This document shows, in pieces, positions 18,581 to 32,600 of a stretch of DNA of 64,000 nt (the first letter of the stretch is position 1; each line of letters starts with the position of its first letter). The DNA is from Iphione sp. A-MEVVRFRX5 (Eukaryota). A program made the position numbers and the translations under genes. The DNA lies in NCBI GenBank assembly GCA_976226885.1, contig OZ320317.1, positions 49,042,001 through 49,106,000 of the forward strand. The letters are read 5' to 3'. The notes below the pieces were generated by a model. The model was given only the letters and a program-made list of their open reading frames with translations. It did not search any database and was not told the DNA's origin.

Positions 18581-21500
18581 GCAGATTGAAAGCAAATCCG
18601 ACATTAGGAAAGGGTGAACCACAAAAACAAGATGTTATTGAGAGAGCCAAGTTAAATTTCATCAGATAGACGATCTAAGAAAGGAGAGACATGGATGCAT
18701 TTTAACCTGTTCTGAAATTAATACTTTAACTTTTCCAGCTGAAACGACTGGCGTCGAAAGGTAAACAGATGGGCCCTGGAAGCATGACATTCCTACCCGG
18801 ACGAAAGATGTTATTCGGATTAGTTTTCATTCAATCACCCGTAATCTCATCGATTATTACTAATAATCAGGAACCCACATTCAATTCGAAAGAATGCGGT
18901 GATTTGCAAGCCTCCATCCATTTTCCCTCACACTAATCTGGCCGAGCCAACCTTTGGTGCGTTGGGGAGCGTCAGGGGGAAATCACGCCCGACCGGAGCC
19001 GTTTGTTTTAAACGCCAAATCTCATAGTTGCCGGCCGTCCTCGCCGGCCACCTCATGTCATGCGCGATCACATTAATTAGCAATCAGGGCAAATTGCGTT
19101 TGGTGACCAAACGAAATCTTTTCAATTAGGCCTGATTGGCAGCGATTCGCATTGCCCAGCGGGTCCGAAGACTAATTTAGAATTAGATCCAAGATCTTAA
19201 AACAATGAAGGGCTGATTGTGATGGGACACTGGCCGCTCCGGCCCCGGTGAACAGGTGGGAGGGGGGCTCACGTGGTCGCCTGCTTCTCTATAGAGAAGA
19301 CGAATACACCATTGGAGAGGTGGGAACTATCACACAGGGGAAGAAACCCACAATATGATAATCCATTTAGTCCCGACACCGACATGGCCGGCCTGGCCAT
19401 GAATATATAACGACTGCGCAAATGAATAGCGACAAATTCCATATTCAGGGCCTCGGAAAGAAAAAGGGAAACAGGGGATAGGGAAACCTGCCCGGCTTGA
19501 GAGAATATCGCCTTCGGAAACCTTGGGGAAATGCATGTGGTTCGAAAAAACAGACAGAAGTAGATCCGACCGGATAATTGAGTTACAATCACAGGATAAC
19601 TTTCATATTAGGAATAATTGTTCCCGGTGCCTTCGTGTCGTCGACGCCATAATTGTGTTTAATTGAAGAAAGCCTTTCCTGCCAGCGCTTGTCTTTCAGG
19701 CCTTGGGGCCAGCGTGAAATTAGAGAAAGTCAGAGTGAAATTCATTGTTTACACCAAGTAACTTAAATAAGCCCACGCATCTCCATCAGGCTGCGGCGAA
19801 GTAACAACGAACATGTCTCGCGTTTGTAAATAGTGTCGAGACTGGCGAGATGATTAGTCTTGTTTGAACTGTTTAAGGATACATATGTGGACAACTAGGG
19901 TTTTGAATCACCCGCATACACAGGTCTTTATAGTGGGCAACTTCAAAGAGTTAATTATAGGCATGTAATTAGTGCTCGGTGAATCCCTGTGGTATCTCGA
20001 CAGTTAATCCTTGTCGGGAATCGACAGAGTAGCTAAGCTCCCCGCGCTGCGTTACACATTGATTTGTATCAGACGCAAGCTAGGATACTTTCCCCGGCTT
20101 CCCCAGGCCCGTTTGGTTAGAGTGTCCAGTTTCTAGCGGAATCGATCCGTCACCGAACTGTTTAGCTAGAGCTTATATCATACATGAGGTCCGGCTATCC
20201 ATCATCTAAGTGTCCGTCGGCTGAGAGAAACTCCGCTGTAAGGAACAAGACCTCGGGAACTAACTCGTCTTGAAAAGAATTGGCACGAATTATATGAACT
20301 TCCGCGTGTCACATCATGTATCCCATGTGATCGAGCATTCTCCTGAAGAGAATGGAGGGTCGCTTGTTTAAACACTCAGCATAAGTTTTTGTTTATTTTA
20401 TGTACATGTGCGTTTTGCTTGGTGCAAAGATCAAACATCCACGATTCCGATAATTGATTATTGCTAGCAAGTAGGCAAAATTACGAAATGCCACAACAAT
20501 ACGCTTTTGTTATCTTAAAATAACTGGAAATGGCGTTCTACGGTTATTGTTATGATGTGCTGTAAAGGGCGTTTTCCATACTTGCGTTTGTGCGTTGCAT
20601 GTCTGGTGAATTTCCAAGGCACTTATAACCATCACATATTATTGGGTTTGGTTTTAGACCTGTGTTGCGTTCATGCATTTGTGTGCATTTGTACGCCCAT
20701 GCTTTAACATGTTAACCATTTGTTAGCATTGACCATTAACTTAATGCAACTGCATATATATTCACCAGTACGATATGGAAGTCAGCTTAGGCACAGGCAC
20801 ATGGTAAGATTTCTCTGCTCTTGTGTCTTGGTAGCACCTTACCACATATTATGTACAGCACACATCTGGGCCTACCGCCTGCTATAGGTATCCTGCCTTA
20901 TGAATGTCCAGCATATGTTACTGGAGTTTAGGGTATAGAAGTGACGAATTTCACTGGAGGTTAAGCTTAAGAAGGTCTTTGCTTCATGAAAATTTGAGAC
21001 TTTCACTGGAGGTAAGGCTAAAGATATCCTTTATGGATGAAAATTGCACATGCCTTGGTTTGATTTAACACACTTACATACGTGCATAAACACTTTCAAA
21101 ATAATCACACAAAACCCTCACACAAATCCATCACACATCACCTTTACACAAGTATGAGTTACGCCTTGCAAGAGCATGCAAAAAAAAGTGTTGCTGCACA
21201 GTGGAATGGAAATGGAACCAAAACACAGTGCAATGACACAAGTATGGAAATTGGCCCCTTATGCTTTCAGCTCGTCGTTCTTTCTTGTCCCTTATGGGGC
21301 TCTATCAAGTTTTTCATGACCTGGCTTTCTTGCTTTTTAATATCTGTCTCCTTTCTATTCGCTCTGCCCCTCTCTTTCTCTTCATTTCTTTGCTCCATGC
21401 CGCACCTTTTGGGTCTTCCTCTCTTCTCAAACTACATTCAATTTTATGGCGCATTGCACATTGCATGATATACTCGGCCTTCAGTTAAGCCTTGATATCC

Positions 21501-22029
21501 TCTATCGTCCTCTTGTTCTCCCTCCCTTAATATGTCAGTTTCTCTAACAATCTCTCTATCAATCTGTCCTGGAATAACTCGTTGTCCATGTACATGGTTG
21601 TCTCCCTTTTTCTATCAGTCGTATGCGGACACACCCTGTCCTGAAAAATTGTCATGCCAGAGGGCATGACCCCATTTCCTTTAAGCAGATCAGCCACCAG
21701 TGGGCAGGTCCCCTATAATATGTACAATGACATTCAGTTCTGGTGATCCGCTAAAACCCAGGCGAACACCATGTGCATCACAAACGACAGAAAAAACCAT
21801 CAGTATAGTGCAAATACTCGACAGCGGGTTACATGACAGGATCAGGAAACGGGGAGGATAGACAGGCGGTGACTGGAGAGGGTAGTAGAAGGAGGGGGGG
21901 GGGAGGCGTTAGAGGTTAGTTAGTACTGGCCGGCTGATTCAACTTAATCCAGCACCATCGTTTAATAAACTGGTCTTGTCTTTCTATTTTTCTGTGCTTT
22001 GTAATTTTGTGTTTCATCCTACATGATGG

Positions 22030-22910
22030 TTACCACGTCCGCAATATGGATGAGCGAACGTAGGCAGAAATATACACTCAAAGCCTTTTATAGAGAAGAG
22101 TTTGAAAGAATTCTTTTGGAAAATAACTCCGTTTCATTGAATAACGTGGCAAATATCTTTCGTCTACAGTGGCATATAATTTCAAATCGTGTATTCACTT
22201 CTCTTTGTACCACATACATAGATACACGGAGTTCTTCCTGTGACGACACAAGTAATTTGAAAGTAATAGAATGCTTGTCGTCCTATACTGCAGTAAAATT
22301 GAATCCATGGTCCAAGGCTTGATACACTATCCAAATAACTCTGCGACAGTGGAAGGAATAGCTAGTGTTGCATGTGCCTAAAATATCGTATTATTACTAT
22401 GAGTTGAGGCAGAGATGGCGTTGAAACCCATTCATCCTACTCAGCATATCACCTCAATGTTGTTTTCTGCAGTTTCTTGCATAAAGTAATTGGACAATAC
22501 CACCATATAGCGTTGACCCAAGCTTGAGGATAAATTTGGCTCTATCACACGAAGCCAAAGGCTGAGTATTCTGCATTGACTACCACAGTTTGACTATAAC
22601 AGTTTCATGATCTATACATTAAATGAGCTTTTACCATATAGCTAAAGGAAATTTGCACATTTACGTAGCATAAATCGCAAATGATCATAGATCATTGAAA
22701 TGCATCTATGAATATTGTTACGCCACTCAACTAAATTACTCCCAAAGCACGTTGGTCCTATCTCCAGTATTTCAAAGACAAAATGACAGTTTTCTTCGAT
22801 ACCCACGTTGTCGCTCTATCTCGTCTGTCATATGTCGTTTCTCACAACATGTTCTAGAGGAAACCGCACCCAAAACGTTTCGTTGTAAATACTTTCTCAT
22901 GTCACCAGGC
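22030..22910 (-). mobile_element. Very decayed Penelope-like RT remnant with an upstream hammerhead-like relic
   Basis: Fragments LGSTL/VVLSNYFMQE (cf. MGSPLS..LANLFM) and IQFTAV*DDKHSITFKLLV (cf. IQFT.E.E....FLD), plus CTGGTGA...CGAAACGTT at ~22874-22910. Confidence 0.3.
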
Positions 22911-25900
22911 TATTACATTTGGTGCATACGGAGGCTCAGTATAGCAAATATATCCTTTACCCACTTGCTGCAAAGGTGAGGACGGCGACGTCGCTCGAAG
23001 CACACTGCAAGGAAATGCTACTTGAGCAGAGGAAAGCCAAACTTATGGTAGGGTCCGTCGGTCGACTGCTTGCCATTCTATCACTGCTGAAATGTCACTG
23101 GGAATATGCGCAGTCGATTTCCTTAAGCGCCCTCACGTAGTGCCCACCTGTACCTGGATGTCTGGTGTTTGTGCTCAATGGGCTGATGGGAGGGAGGATC
23201 CTGCTTCTGCATGACACATGGCGGGCGAGCCAGGGCCCATTCCATTACTGTCTCCTCTACGAACGCTGATGGCCAAACGGCCAGCGACATGATTACTAAA
23301 TTGACACAGTAGACACCCATTAGCGTTCTTATTGACAGGGCTTGTGGCGGACTCCTTGATTGATTTATGAAGTTTGCACTTCTGTAGTGGCACTCTGCTG
23401 GTACTGTTGTTTCACTTCCTTAAACTTGAGGACAATAGAAATCGAATCTCTTGAAGTTTTCTTTAGTAGAATCGGAAGAACTGAATATCTAATCTTTTAC
23501 ACAACAGATAGGTCTTCCCGAGACATTAAAACCTTTTGATTTGAATACAAAAAAAGACGAAAAGAACTTATTCGATAAAAAGGACTCTTTCGCAAAGAGG
23601 AACTATACCAAGTTTAGTAAGAGGTGAGTTTCGGTCAAACTTAGACAGAAAAGTAGAATCTACCATCCCCGAACAGTCTCCGAGGGGAATAAAACGAAAC
23701 TTGGCTCAGAATAGGCAAGTCTGGCTAAAGGTAGAGTAGATTCCCACATTCCAGCCCGTCGAACGCCCACATGCAGAGACGTAGTGCCGTTACGTTGGCA
23801 ACAAAAGAAGTACCGATGCAGATTGGAGGTGGTGCTGTGGGTTAGGGGGAGGAAGCGGGGGGGGGTGGGGGTTGCCGCACCCCTTTGCAAGGAGGAAGCT
23901 GACTAGGTATTTTTCAGCCCGGGGTTTTGTCGACCGTTCTGCGCCAGGGCCGGAGGCGACGGGCCGATGGCGGGCAGCGGGCGGCTGCTGCCTCCTGAGG
24001 ACCACCTCAGGCCGTTACCGGAGCCACTGACAGAGGCTGATTGATTGAGACGAACAAACAGACGCTGATTCGGCCGGGCGGCTGCCCTTCGCGCCGCCGC
24101 CCGTCTTTATTGTTGGCTAGATGGGCGGGGCGTGACACTCCATGGCAGGCAACTCGTTAAAGTTGGAAGACCCGCGAGCCCCGGAGGGCCATAGGCGGAC
24201 GTCGGCGACCTGGAGGTTAGAATGGGCTGGGCATATACACTCATGCTGAACGTACAATCAGGACTGCCTGTCTTTACGCCAAGCCTTTACGGCAAACAAC
24301 AGGATCTCAAACAAAAGGCTTATATCCTCTGCTTGTAGGTTTTCCATTGGGCTATTAGGTGCCTTACATATTATCGGTTTCCCTCAATCAATGCGTTAAG
24401 TAGAAAGACAGGTAAAAGATTTGTACACAGATCGAGAGACATATAGGGATGTAGAGGGAAATAAGCAGGAATAAAAACTGTAGGCACGGGGACTAGGAAT
24501 AGCCTGTTTGATGGAGACTATGAATATACATGTGTGAAGATCAGATCCACCATACCATTCAATGAATAGACAAGATCATTCGCCACGTGCTGGTGACTTT
24601 GAAAGTAATGTTAGTAGTCTCGACCTTTCAATGGTGAACCTTAACGGCATTGATTTGCATGTAAATTGACCGCCAGGGAGGAGGTGGCGAGGACAGCTCA
24701 GCACAGGCTGGGGTCGTACCGTCCTTGCCACGGCCCCTTTGAAGGAGGCATGACCAGGGACGCCACCTTGGTCGCCCAAGCAAACGGAGGTCGTGTCTCA
24801 GGTCGCCTGACGCAGACTCCCATTTCCCAAGCCTACTTACACTCCAGCCGATAGGCGGGGACAGGGCCCTTGCCATACATGGGCTGTGCGCTTTGAACCG
24901 ATAACCTGTTCCCGCACCGGGCAGTGCCACTGATATCGCTCCACGGCCACACAGATTCAACATTTGATAACGGGAACTAGAGCCAAGGCACACTTTCCGC
25001 CGTAAGAATCTGTCGCGTACCTCGTCTAGGAGTTTTCCAATTTCGTGCCATAAAAATGAGAAAAACAACATCTTATTCGATTGTACTGTCTCACCGATTT
25101 ATCACCAGCTGGGCATAATGAAACGACGTCAGCGGCCGATGAACACCGAAGGTAAATATCAGCCTTTGTCTGGTAAGCACTTCTAAACACACCACGCAAA
25201 GTAAACATATTGCTTTAATGTAATTGGCTTAATCTTGTTTGGCTCGGAAGCGCCGAGGGCTCTTTCGACTAAGCGTGAGCTGCGTTCTAGCATAGGGTGG
25301 TCGGTGTGATTAGTTCCATAGAGTAACGGCCTGGGTGACGGCGGCGCCCAACGACACTGAAAACTACTTGGGGAATCGACGGCCAAGGGCGTGACCGGGC
25401 ATGGCAACATATCCGCCACTATGTAGGCCACGCGTTTGTCTCCTCTGTTTTATGCCTGTACTTCGTGCCTACCCATCGTTCCTCTTTTAAAGCCCCCGCA
25501 TAGCGGACTATTGGGAAACACAAACGATCTGAATTCTTGAACAGCACTAATGGTTCCGAAGGAAATGATTTACTACGCCCATAAAGTCTGTCCGAGGGAT
25601 ATTCAAATATTCTTTCTCTTTTTTAGAGCTAATAATGTTTTTAACTTAGGTTTAAACCAATGGTACCATGTTCTAATAACAACTGTGAAGTAAAGATTTT
25701 CTAATTAACGCGAATATAGTCACTTCTGTTATTTTACACGGTATCTTTATTCATAACCTGTTTCATTGTCAAATCTGACAATTCTATCAATGTTATGCTT
25801 TCAATCAATACTGTTCTGCCATCTCATGGTCATTGCATACTGGATCATATAATACACGAAGAAATGTGTGTAAATATGTCTGTTTTTAGTAGACATGATT

Positions 25901-26599
25901 TGTAGATAATTTTTATTTGGAAGTATATGGTGTTTTATGTAAGGTACTTTGCTTTGACATGATTAGTCGGAAATTTGCAGCTTGGCCTTTTGGTTTACAC
26001 CTTTTAGAGTGGAGCCGATTTTGCAAATAGATTATGAAGAAAATTTACTGCAGAGATTTGATGTCCTAATTGATATTCATTTGCTATACATTGCAATGCC
26101 ACGTATACTGCTTAATGCTACCTTCATACACTCTGAGCTGTAATTTATTTCGGCAGAGAGCGACAAAATCACATGAACGAGCAAATAAACACCGGGAAGT
26201 ACGCGAGCAGGAAGGAGGGGAGAACAGGGGGACACAGAGAACCTGGAGGAGGGAGCACAGTCGAGGAGAGACAGAAAGAGAGGCACAAAGAAATAAGTTG
26301 GGGACAAGTTGGGCACAAAGTATCCGCATTGTACATCGAAAATTCACATTTAAAATTTGTCTAGCAGTCGCGGAGGAGGACCGTGGTGGCCAGCCTCTTT
26401 TTTTCATTCGCCATATATGTACACACCATACATAATCTCTCCGTCAGAACCCAGGGACGACAACCTCCATAGAGATGAGGGGAACTGTAGCAAACCATTC
26501 TGACGCCATAGAAGACAATCTTTGAGGCTGTAAATCTGCTTAGAGAGACCATTTGGGCGACACGGTGACGCAGTCCATCAGTGAGCGTGTCGCCGGCGC

Positions 26600-27050
26600 G
26601 TATAGAACCCCCGGTTACCAGAGGGACGGTGCCCGCCCGCCAATGGCTCCATCAATTCGTCGAGCCGTGACAAGGGAACCCTGTCGGCGCGACCGCCCGC
26701 ATACTAAGCGCACCCGCTGGCTCATCATTGCCAATATCGCAAAAATGGCTTCCGCGGCCGCCGACCGCTCTTATTTAATCACGTGTCAAAAACACGTGAC
26801 CCGGAAGAGGAAGCGGGCTGGGGGGCAAGGATGGGTGGGTTGACAGAGCGCCATTGGTGGTATTCGTCTTGGGCGGGTGTTGGTGGGGCGGGCGGTAGGT
26901 ACAGATTCGACTGACGCGTCCGGGGCGATTGGACCTGCTCCCACGCAGACATGTTACATTCAGGCGGATCCGGAAGTGGATTACGCACTGTCGCTTCCCG
27001 GAAGTGGCATGTTTCTGATGGGTTGTAAAATACGGCTTGCCGAGGAGATG
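26600..27050. promoter_or_regulatory. CpG-rich TATA-less promoter-like island
   Basis: CCGGAAG x3 (two CCGGAAGTG, ETS type), CACGTG x2 (one CACGTGAC), GGGGCGGG, several CCAAT/ATTGG and AAAATGGC (YY1-like) within ~450 bp. Confidence 0.55.
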
Positions 27051-28649
27051 CACCGGCGTTTTTCTACTTCAGCCGATTTCTCATTCCAACTCTAATATAT
27101 CCTATAACCTCCAAATATAATGAATGGGGAAGCAACGTCCTTCCCTGGGCAAACTTATCTTCCACATCGCGTTAATCTACTCTTCGTTGCAGACAAAACG
27201 TGTATTTTCCTGTATAATGCACCCTAAAGGTAACAGTACCATTAGTACGGGTCAGCATTGCTCACTTTCTTCTTGAACATCAGTAGTTTGGCTGCGACTG
27301 TTTCGACAGTGGCGCAACGTAATAATACCTGTTTGTCGTAAATATACTCGGTTTCATAAATATTAATATCGATTCTATATCTGAACAGATTTATCCCTCT
27401 TAAATTAAAATTCTGCTCTTTCAATGGAAGTTCAATCGCCACATGAGATACACCAAATGATATTACAAACTGAGCGTACTTCCCTCTAACAGGATCTAAT
27501 CGAGCAGCCAGAAAAGGCTTAGTCTCGGATCGTAAACATGACTTTTAACCACGCGTCAACTGTATACACTAGACGTAGTACCATTAGCCATAGAGTAACA
27601 AATGGGAAAACATTGCAATATTAGCTCCCGCCGACAATTTATCACCTGGCTAATATTCCATCAGTTCTCTCTTCCCCCGAAATATCTTGAACATAATCTT
27701 CTTTGCCATAATGATTTTTTCTATCATGAGGGCAGTGTCACGTGATTAGTAAAACCATCTTCAGAAATAACCCGGCAAACTATCTAAACAGCTATGAACG
27801 ACATGTCTATAATTTAGGACATCACGACAATAATGTCCGATTATTTTGTTAACCTTAGTTTTAACGTCTTTATTCTCTAATGCGTCCCTCCTAATGGGGG
27901 AACCCGTTAGAAAATATAGTAGTCACTGGGTCTACAGAACATAAAGTACATGTATTTAGTGACAATCTTTTGTTTCTAAGGCACGAATCACTTACTCCTG
28001 AACATATTGCCAATACAACAACACGATGTCACCTGCAAACAGGAAACAAATACATGTATGTTTCCTTAAAATTTTGGATGGCTGTCCAGGAAATCATAGC
28101 ATTCTACGTAACGCCACTGTGATTCAGCACAGGTCTATATTAGAATGGACCAATATTACGACCTACATGAAATACGTCTTCTTTAGTTCCTTATACTTAA
28201 CTTTGTGCATAGCTAATACCCTTGAAATATATATTTCCTTACTTGAAATGGTAAACCTACCCTGACATCCTGCATAGCGTATGTCCTCGTCACTGTTGTC
28301 TCCACAGTTATCCTGTCCATCGCAAACAAGGCTGGCGTTCAGGCACCCGGATGTTGCGCACCGGAAGTAGGTGCCGTTGCATGTAGGGACCTCTGTAACT
28401 ATAAATGAATATACATGTACTAGTCACGATATACGAAAGGCACTTGATGATATAGAGGGATGTAACGCATAAGAATATTTTGAGGTATATCGCAATCATT
28501 TTCTACACAAAAATCAGCTTTACTACAGAAATATTCACTTTTAGAGTCCCCTCCTTCCAACTTGGACGCAACTTGGACTAAAACTACCAGCTCAACGGGG
28601 ACAATTACACAGTTACACATAATTTTCTTTCAGATTGTTAAGAGAAAGG

Positions 28650-29650
28650 TTTCTCCGTTTCTCCGGATTACCCAATAAGCTGGTAGTTTATGGTACATGA
28701 TGCGAGAAAGATCATTTGGATGCCTTGGTTAAGTTTTGTATTTTTTTAGTTAAACAGTTAAGTCACAGGAATACCCCACCGTCCATTTTCGAAAGTAATT
28801 ATCACTGATAATTCCTTGCTTTAAGCACAGTGGTGATCCTTAAATTACGCGGAAAATTATTAATACAAGATTATGCATTTAAAATCAGTCAGATTCGTAT
28901 GGACGAGGAACTGGAAATTACTAGTGCGGAGAGAACAAAACATCAAATAACATAATTTATCTGCAGAATTAAACATCTAAAATCATTTCGATTTGAACTG
29001 ATGTTAATTACCGGAACGAAGCTCTCAAAATTGGGAACTCATCTAGCGTTCTTTAAATGTTGGAGGCCTGCCCATATTGTTTGAATATCAAAATTGCATC
29101 GTCGTCAAAATAATCCATTCTTCAGGCGCCAGTTTCTCTAGGTGCTGTTCAATAAAAGTCTTCGCAGTTTAAAGTCTCCCTTGAGGCTCATAACCCATTG
29201 GAAATCAATCTAGTTCTGCCAATTGACGCTCCGCACAGTATAAGACGTAAATAACTAATCGAGCGATTCACTGCATCATGTCAGATTTGTAGGTCTGGAG
29301 TTTTTAAACCATAATAATAGGGAAATCAAGAAATGTTGGTATATAAAAAATGATTTAGAAGGCTTCATATGGTCTAATGAGGAAGGGACATTTACAATTC
29401 TTTGTCACATTTTCGGAAATTCTATTATCTTGAATTTGATTTTGCAATGGATTTATTCAATCCACCCCTCATGTAATTTCATCACATTTTCAGGTCTGGT
29501 AGTAAATAGCATGATACCGGAACACAAGTTCCATTGATTGGACTTATTTATTCGAGATGTTTTGAATGGTATTAAACTTCCATCACGGATAAAGTTCAGG
29601 GCAAAGTCGATCATTAAGGTACTCTTTGAGTACACATGAGGACACATACG
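28650..29650 (-). mobile_element. Possible heavily decayed L1/Tx1-type LINE RT remnant
   Basis: INKSNQ (cf. NKSPG) followed at plausible spacing by LISLLLWFKNSRPTNL (cf. LIPK...LKNWRPISL). Many stops. Confidence 0.25.
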
Positions 29651-32600
29651 CTGATCAATAATACCTTGCTTCTTTTCACAAGATTTAAGTATGATGCTGA
29701 GGTTACGAATACATGATGGTGTGGGCAGAATTTATTGGGCGTTTTACTGATATAATTACGTGTGACCTTATATTGATCAATGAATAAAATGATTTGGAGC
29801 GCATTTTGAGTGTAGGAATCAAATTACAGTTTGCATGCCCGAATATCGGGCAATGATATATCAAGCTGACGTCTCATTTTCATACAGTTACGAGCACGTT
29901 TGAATAACATACAGTCAGAGTAATAAATGATAGGTACATGTGGTTCAGGGTCTGAATACTTCTTGTTTACCTACATCAGGCCTTATGTTACCGTTAATTG
30001 CATTCTCCAGGGTGCGCCCGATTTTCTTCATCTTAACTTAAATCGAATGAAATTTCGTTTGTGGGCACAAGCTCGTCCTTTTGCAATGCCGTGTGGTGGG
30101 TGGCCTATCTTTCTAGGGAGATTAGGTGATATACTAAGGCACACTTTGGTCCTCTGTCCTTTTTCAAGTACAGCTCCTCTGTTTTCGCGGGTTCCGGTCT
30201 CGGGGGTGGGTCATCTGGATGACTACTTCGGGTGCTCGTCATTTTCTGTGTCAGAGTCACTTCTTCCAGAGACCTGAACGTCCCAGGATGTCTGACTGAC
30301 TATCACTTGAATCTAGGTGAATTAAGTGCGATTCTGATTATAGTCAGACCCTCTTGTTCAGTGGTACAGGTGTTGCTTGGGCAGACGGTACAGCGTAATA
30401 TGATAGTAGTACTATTTTTGCTTATACTTTTTTAGCTCTCCTAGCATTAGTTCTGCTGTAAGCTCCTCGCTGTGGCTTGAGATCAACAAAAATGCTTCAG
30501 TAGATTTACACGAGTCGGCTTGCAATTCATTTTTGTAGAACCTACCATATGCATGTACATGTATATGACTAGAGACTGCCTGGAAGTTTCCGGCTAGATC
30601 CAAAGTACACCTCTTTGTCAGATACGAAAAACTGCACGAAGGAAATAATACTTTGCATAACATGACCGCTTCACATGACCACATTGGACGCAAATTCTTT
30701 CAATGCCTCATATGAAACACGGACCACTGGAAACATTGTGAAGTACTCGCAAGAAACCACACTTATTTCTATAGCCTGGCGTGGATTAGTCGGTTATTCA
30801 TTTATAATACGACATCATGATCAGGTATCTGTTTGTTTAATTATTTACGAATGCTCATGGTTGGCACTTTTTTAAAATTTCAAATGAAGCACATTTCGAC
30901 AAATCTGCAAGTTTGTTACATGGCAGTGAACAATTTATGTAAGAAAAGTACAAGTATCTATATGTAAAAATCGATCTTACATCCATGCTGCTGGGATGAA
31001 CCTAGCTGTGGTATAATGCGCATGCCCTCTGGTAATATATATATATATATATATAGTGTTCCTATAAATTCTATATCTTGCTCAATACGAGAACCATCTT
31101 TAGTTTTAAAAGGAGGATACGGGACAACACTACTTTTTTATGATGAAGCACATCTCATATTTTACATGCTAGATTTGAAATTTCTGCCACCATTTCTCTG
31201 TCTGTAGAGATTAACTACAATAATAAAGCTACAGAAAATTGATCCAAAAGAAAAATATTACAAATTTGTTGGAAAATATGCGAAACGAAATTTTCTAACC
31301 ACTCCAGATACAAATATAACATGTAACTGTACATCACTGGAGAAAACCTTTAAATTCATCGCAATTTTAGACACTGCAGAACTCCATGACATTTTTCCAG
31401 TCGTTATGCTGACCACAAGACTTTTGCTGTCTACTGTGATGTATGCTAGGATGATCTGTTACTATACGTTCCTCCAACAGACTTAACTGTCATATCTGGA
31501 TTGCACTACCACTCCATGGCGCATGATTCCTAGGGTCTTTCTTTTCTACTCCTCTTTTTTCATGAATGCTGAAAACGAGGCGGTGTAGTGTGAGGATGAA
31601 AGTGATTCTCAAGATATCGTTTTTCCCTGACCTGTCGTCCCATTTTGTTTCACTGTTACGGTTTCCTGGTAGCACGCATCGCCTACCGTAGTGGATGCCT
31701 CAGACTGGTCTGCGGCTGGACCCTCCTCTATAACTTACGTACTGACATTCAGTATCTCCTAATTAGACACCAGAGCTATTTGACCCTCCGCCTTCATCCC
31801 GTAGACAATGCCTACTTCGTTTACAATCTTACACCTTGTGTTATCGGCCCTAAATATTGACCTTGTTTTTGCAGCCATGCGGGAGAAATTGGCCTACTTC
31901 GTGACAACGGACTATGATCGATTATTGTCGGTCAGGCGACCGTCTGTCGGCAAATGAAACCCCAGATGATTCCGCCCGCTTGCGGAGCTAATTGTACCCC
32001 AGTCTAATGTGGATTGCTTTTGTCGATGTCTTTTCACCCGTAGTGGCGAACAGATGTTTATTAACAGTCTGTCTGGTGGCTTTCGACATGAAACACACAT
32101 GAGTGTTTTCATGCTGCTCCCGGGTGACATGTCCAGACAGGCCGATCGGCCACATTACACGTGCGACTTGTTGCTTAAGTGGAATCTCTATCTGATTGGG
32201 ATCTCCACAGATGGTCCCGACGGGGACGAGGCCACGGATAGGGTCGGGGGCCGCCCGGAGCCCCTTCCCTCGGGTCCAGTGTAGGAGACAAATCGAATCC
32301 CTGACTAACATCTAATCTCACCGGCTGACTATCAGCAGCCACCCACGTCGGGTTGAACCTGGGATACTGGAGAGGGAGGGGGGGCTGAAGTAGGAGCAGG
32401 AGGAGGGCGACTCGGCGGAGACATTCGACTCGACGCCAGAGGGTGCCCGTCGCCCGATCTGATCGACGCTAATACCAGGGGTCGCTAGTGAGGTCATTAA
32501 ACCGGCGCGGGCTTTCTGGTAGATTGCGCCCTCATTGGATTTTGCCCCAGTGCCAAATGACAGGAGCGTGCTCCCAGCAAGACTGGCTTAGTGCGCAGCC

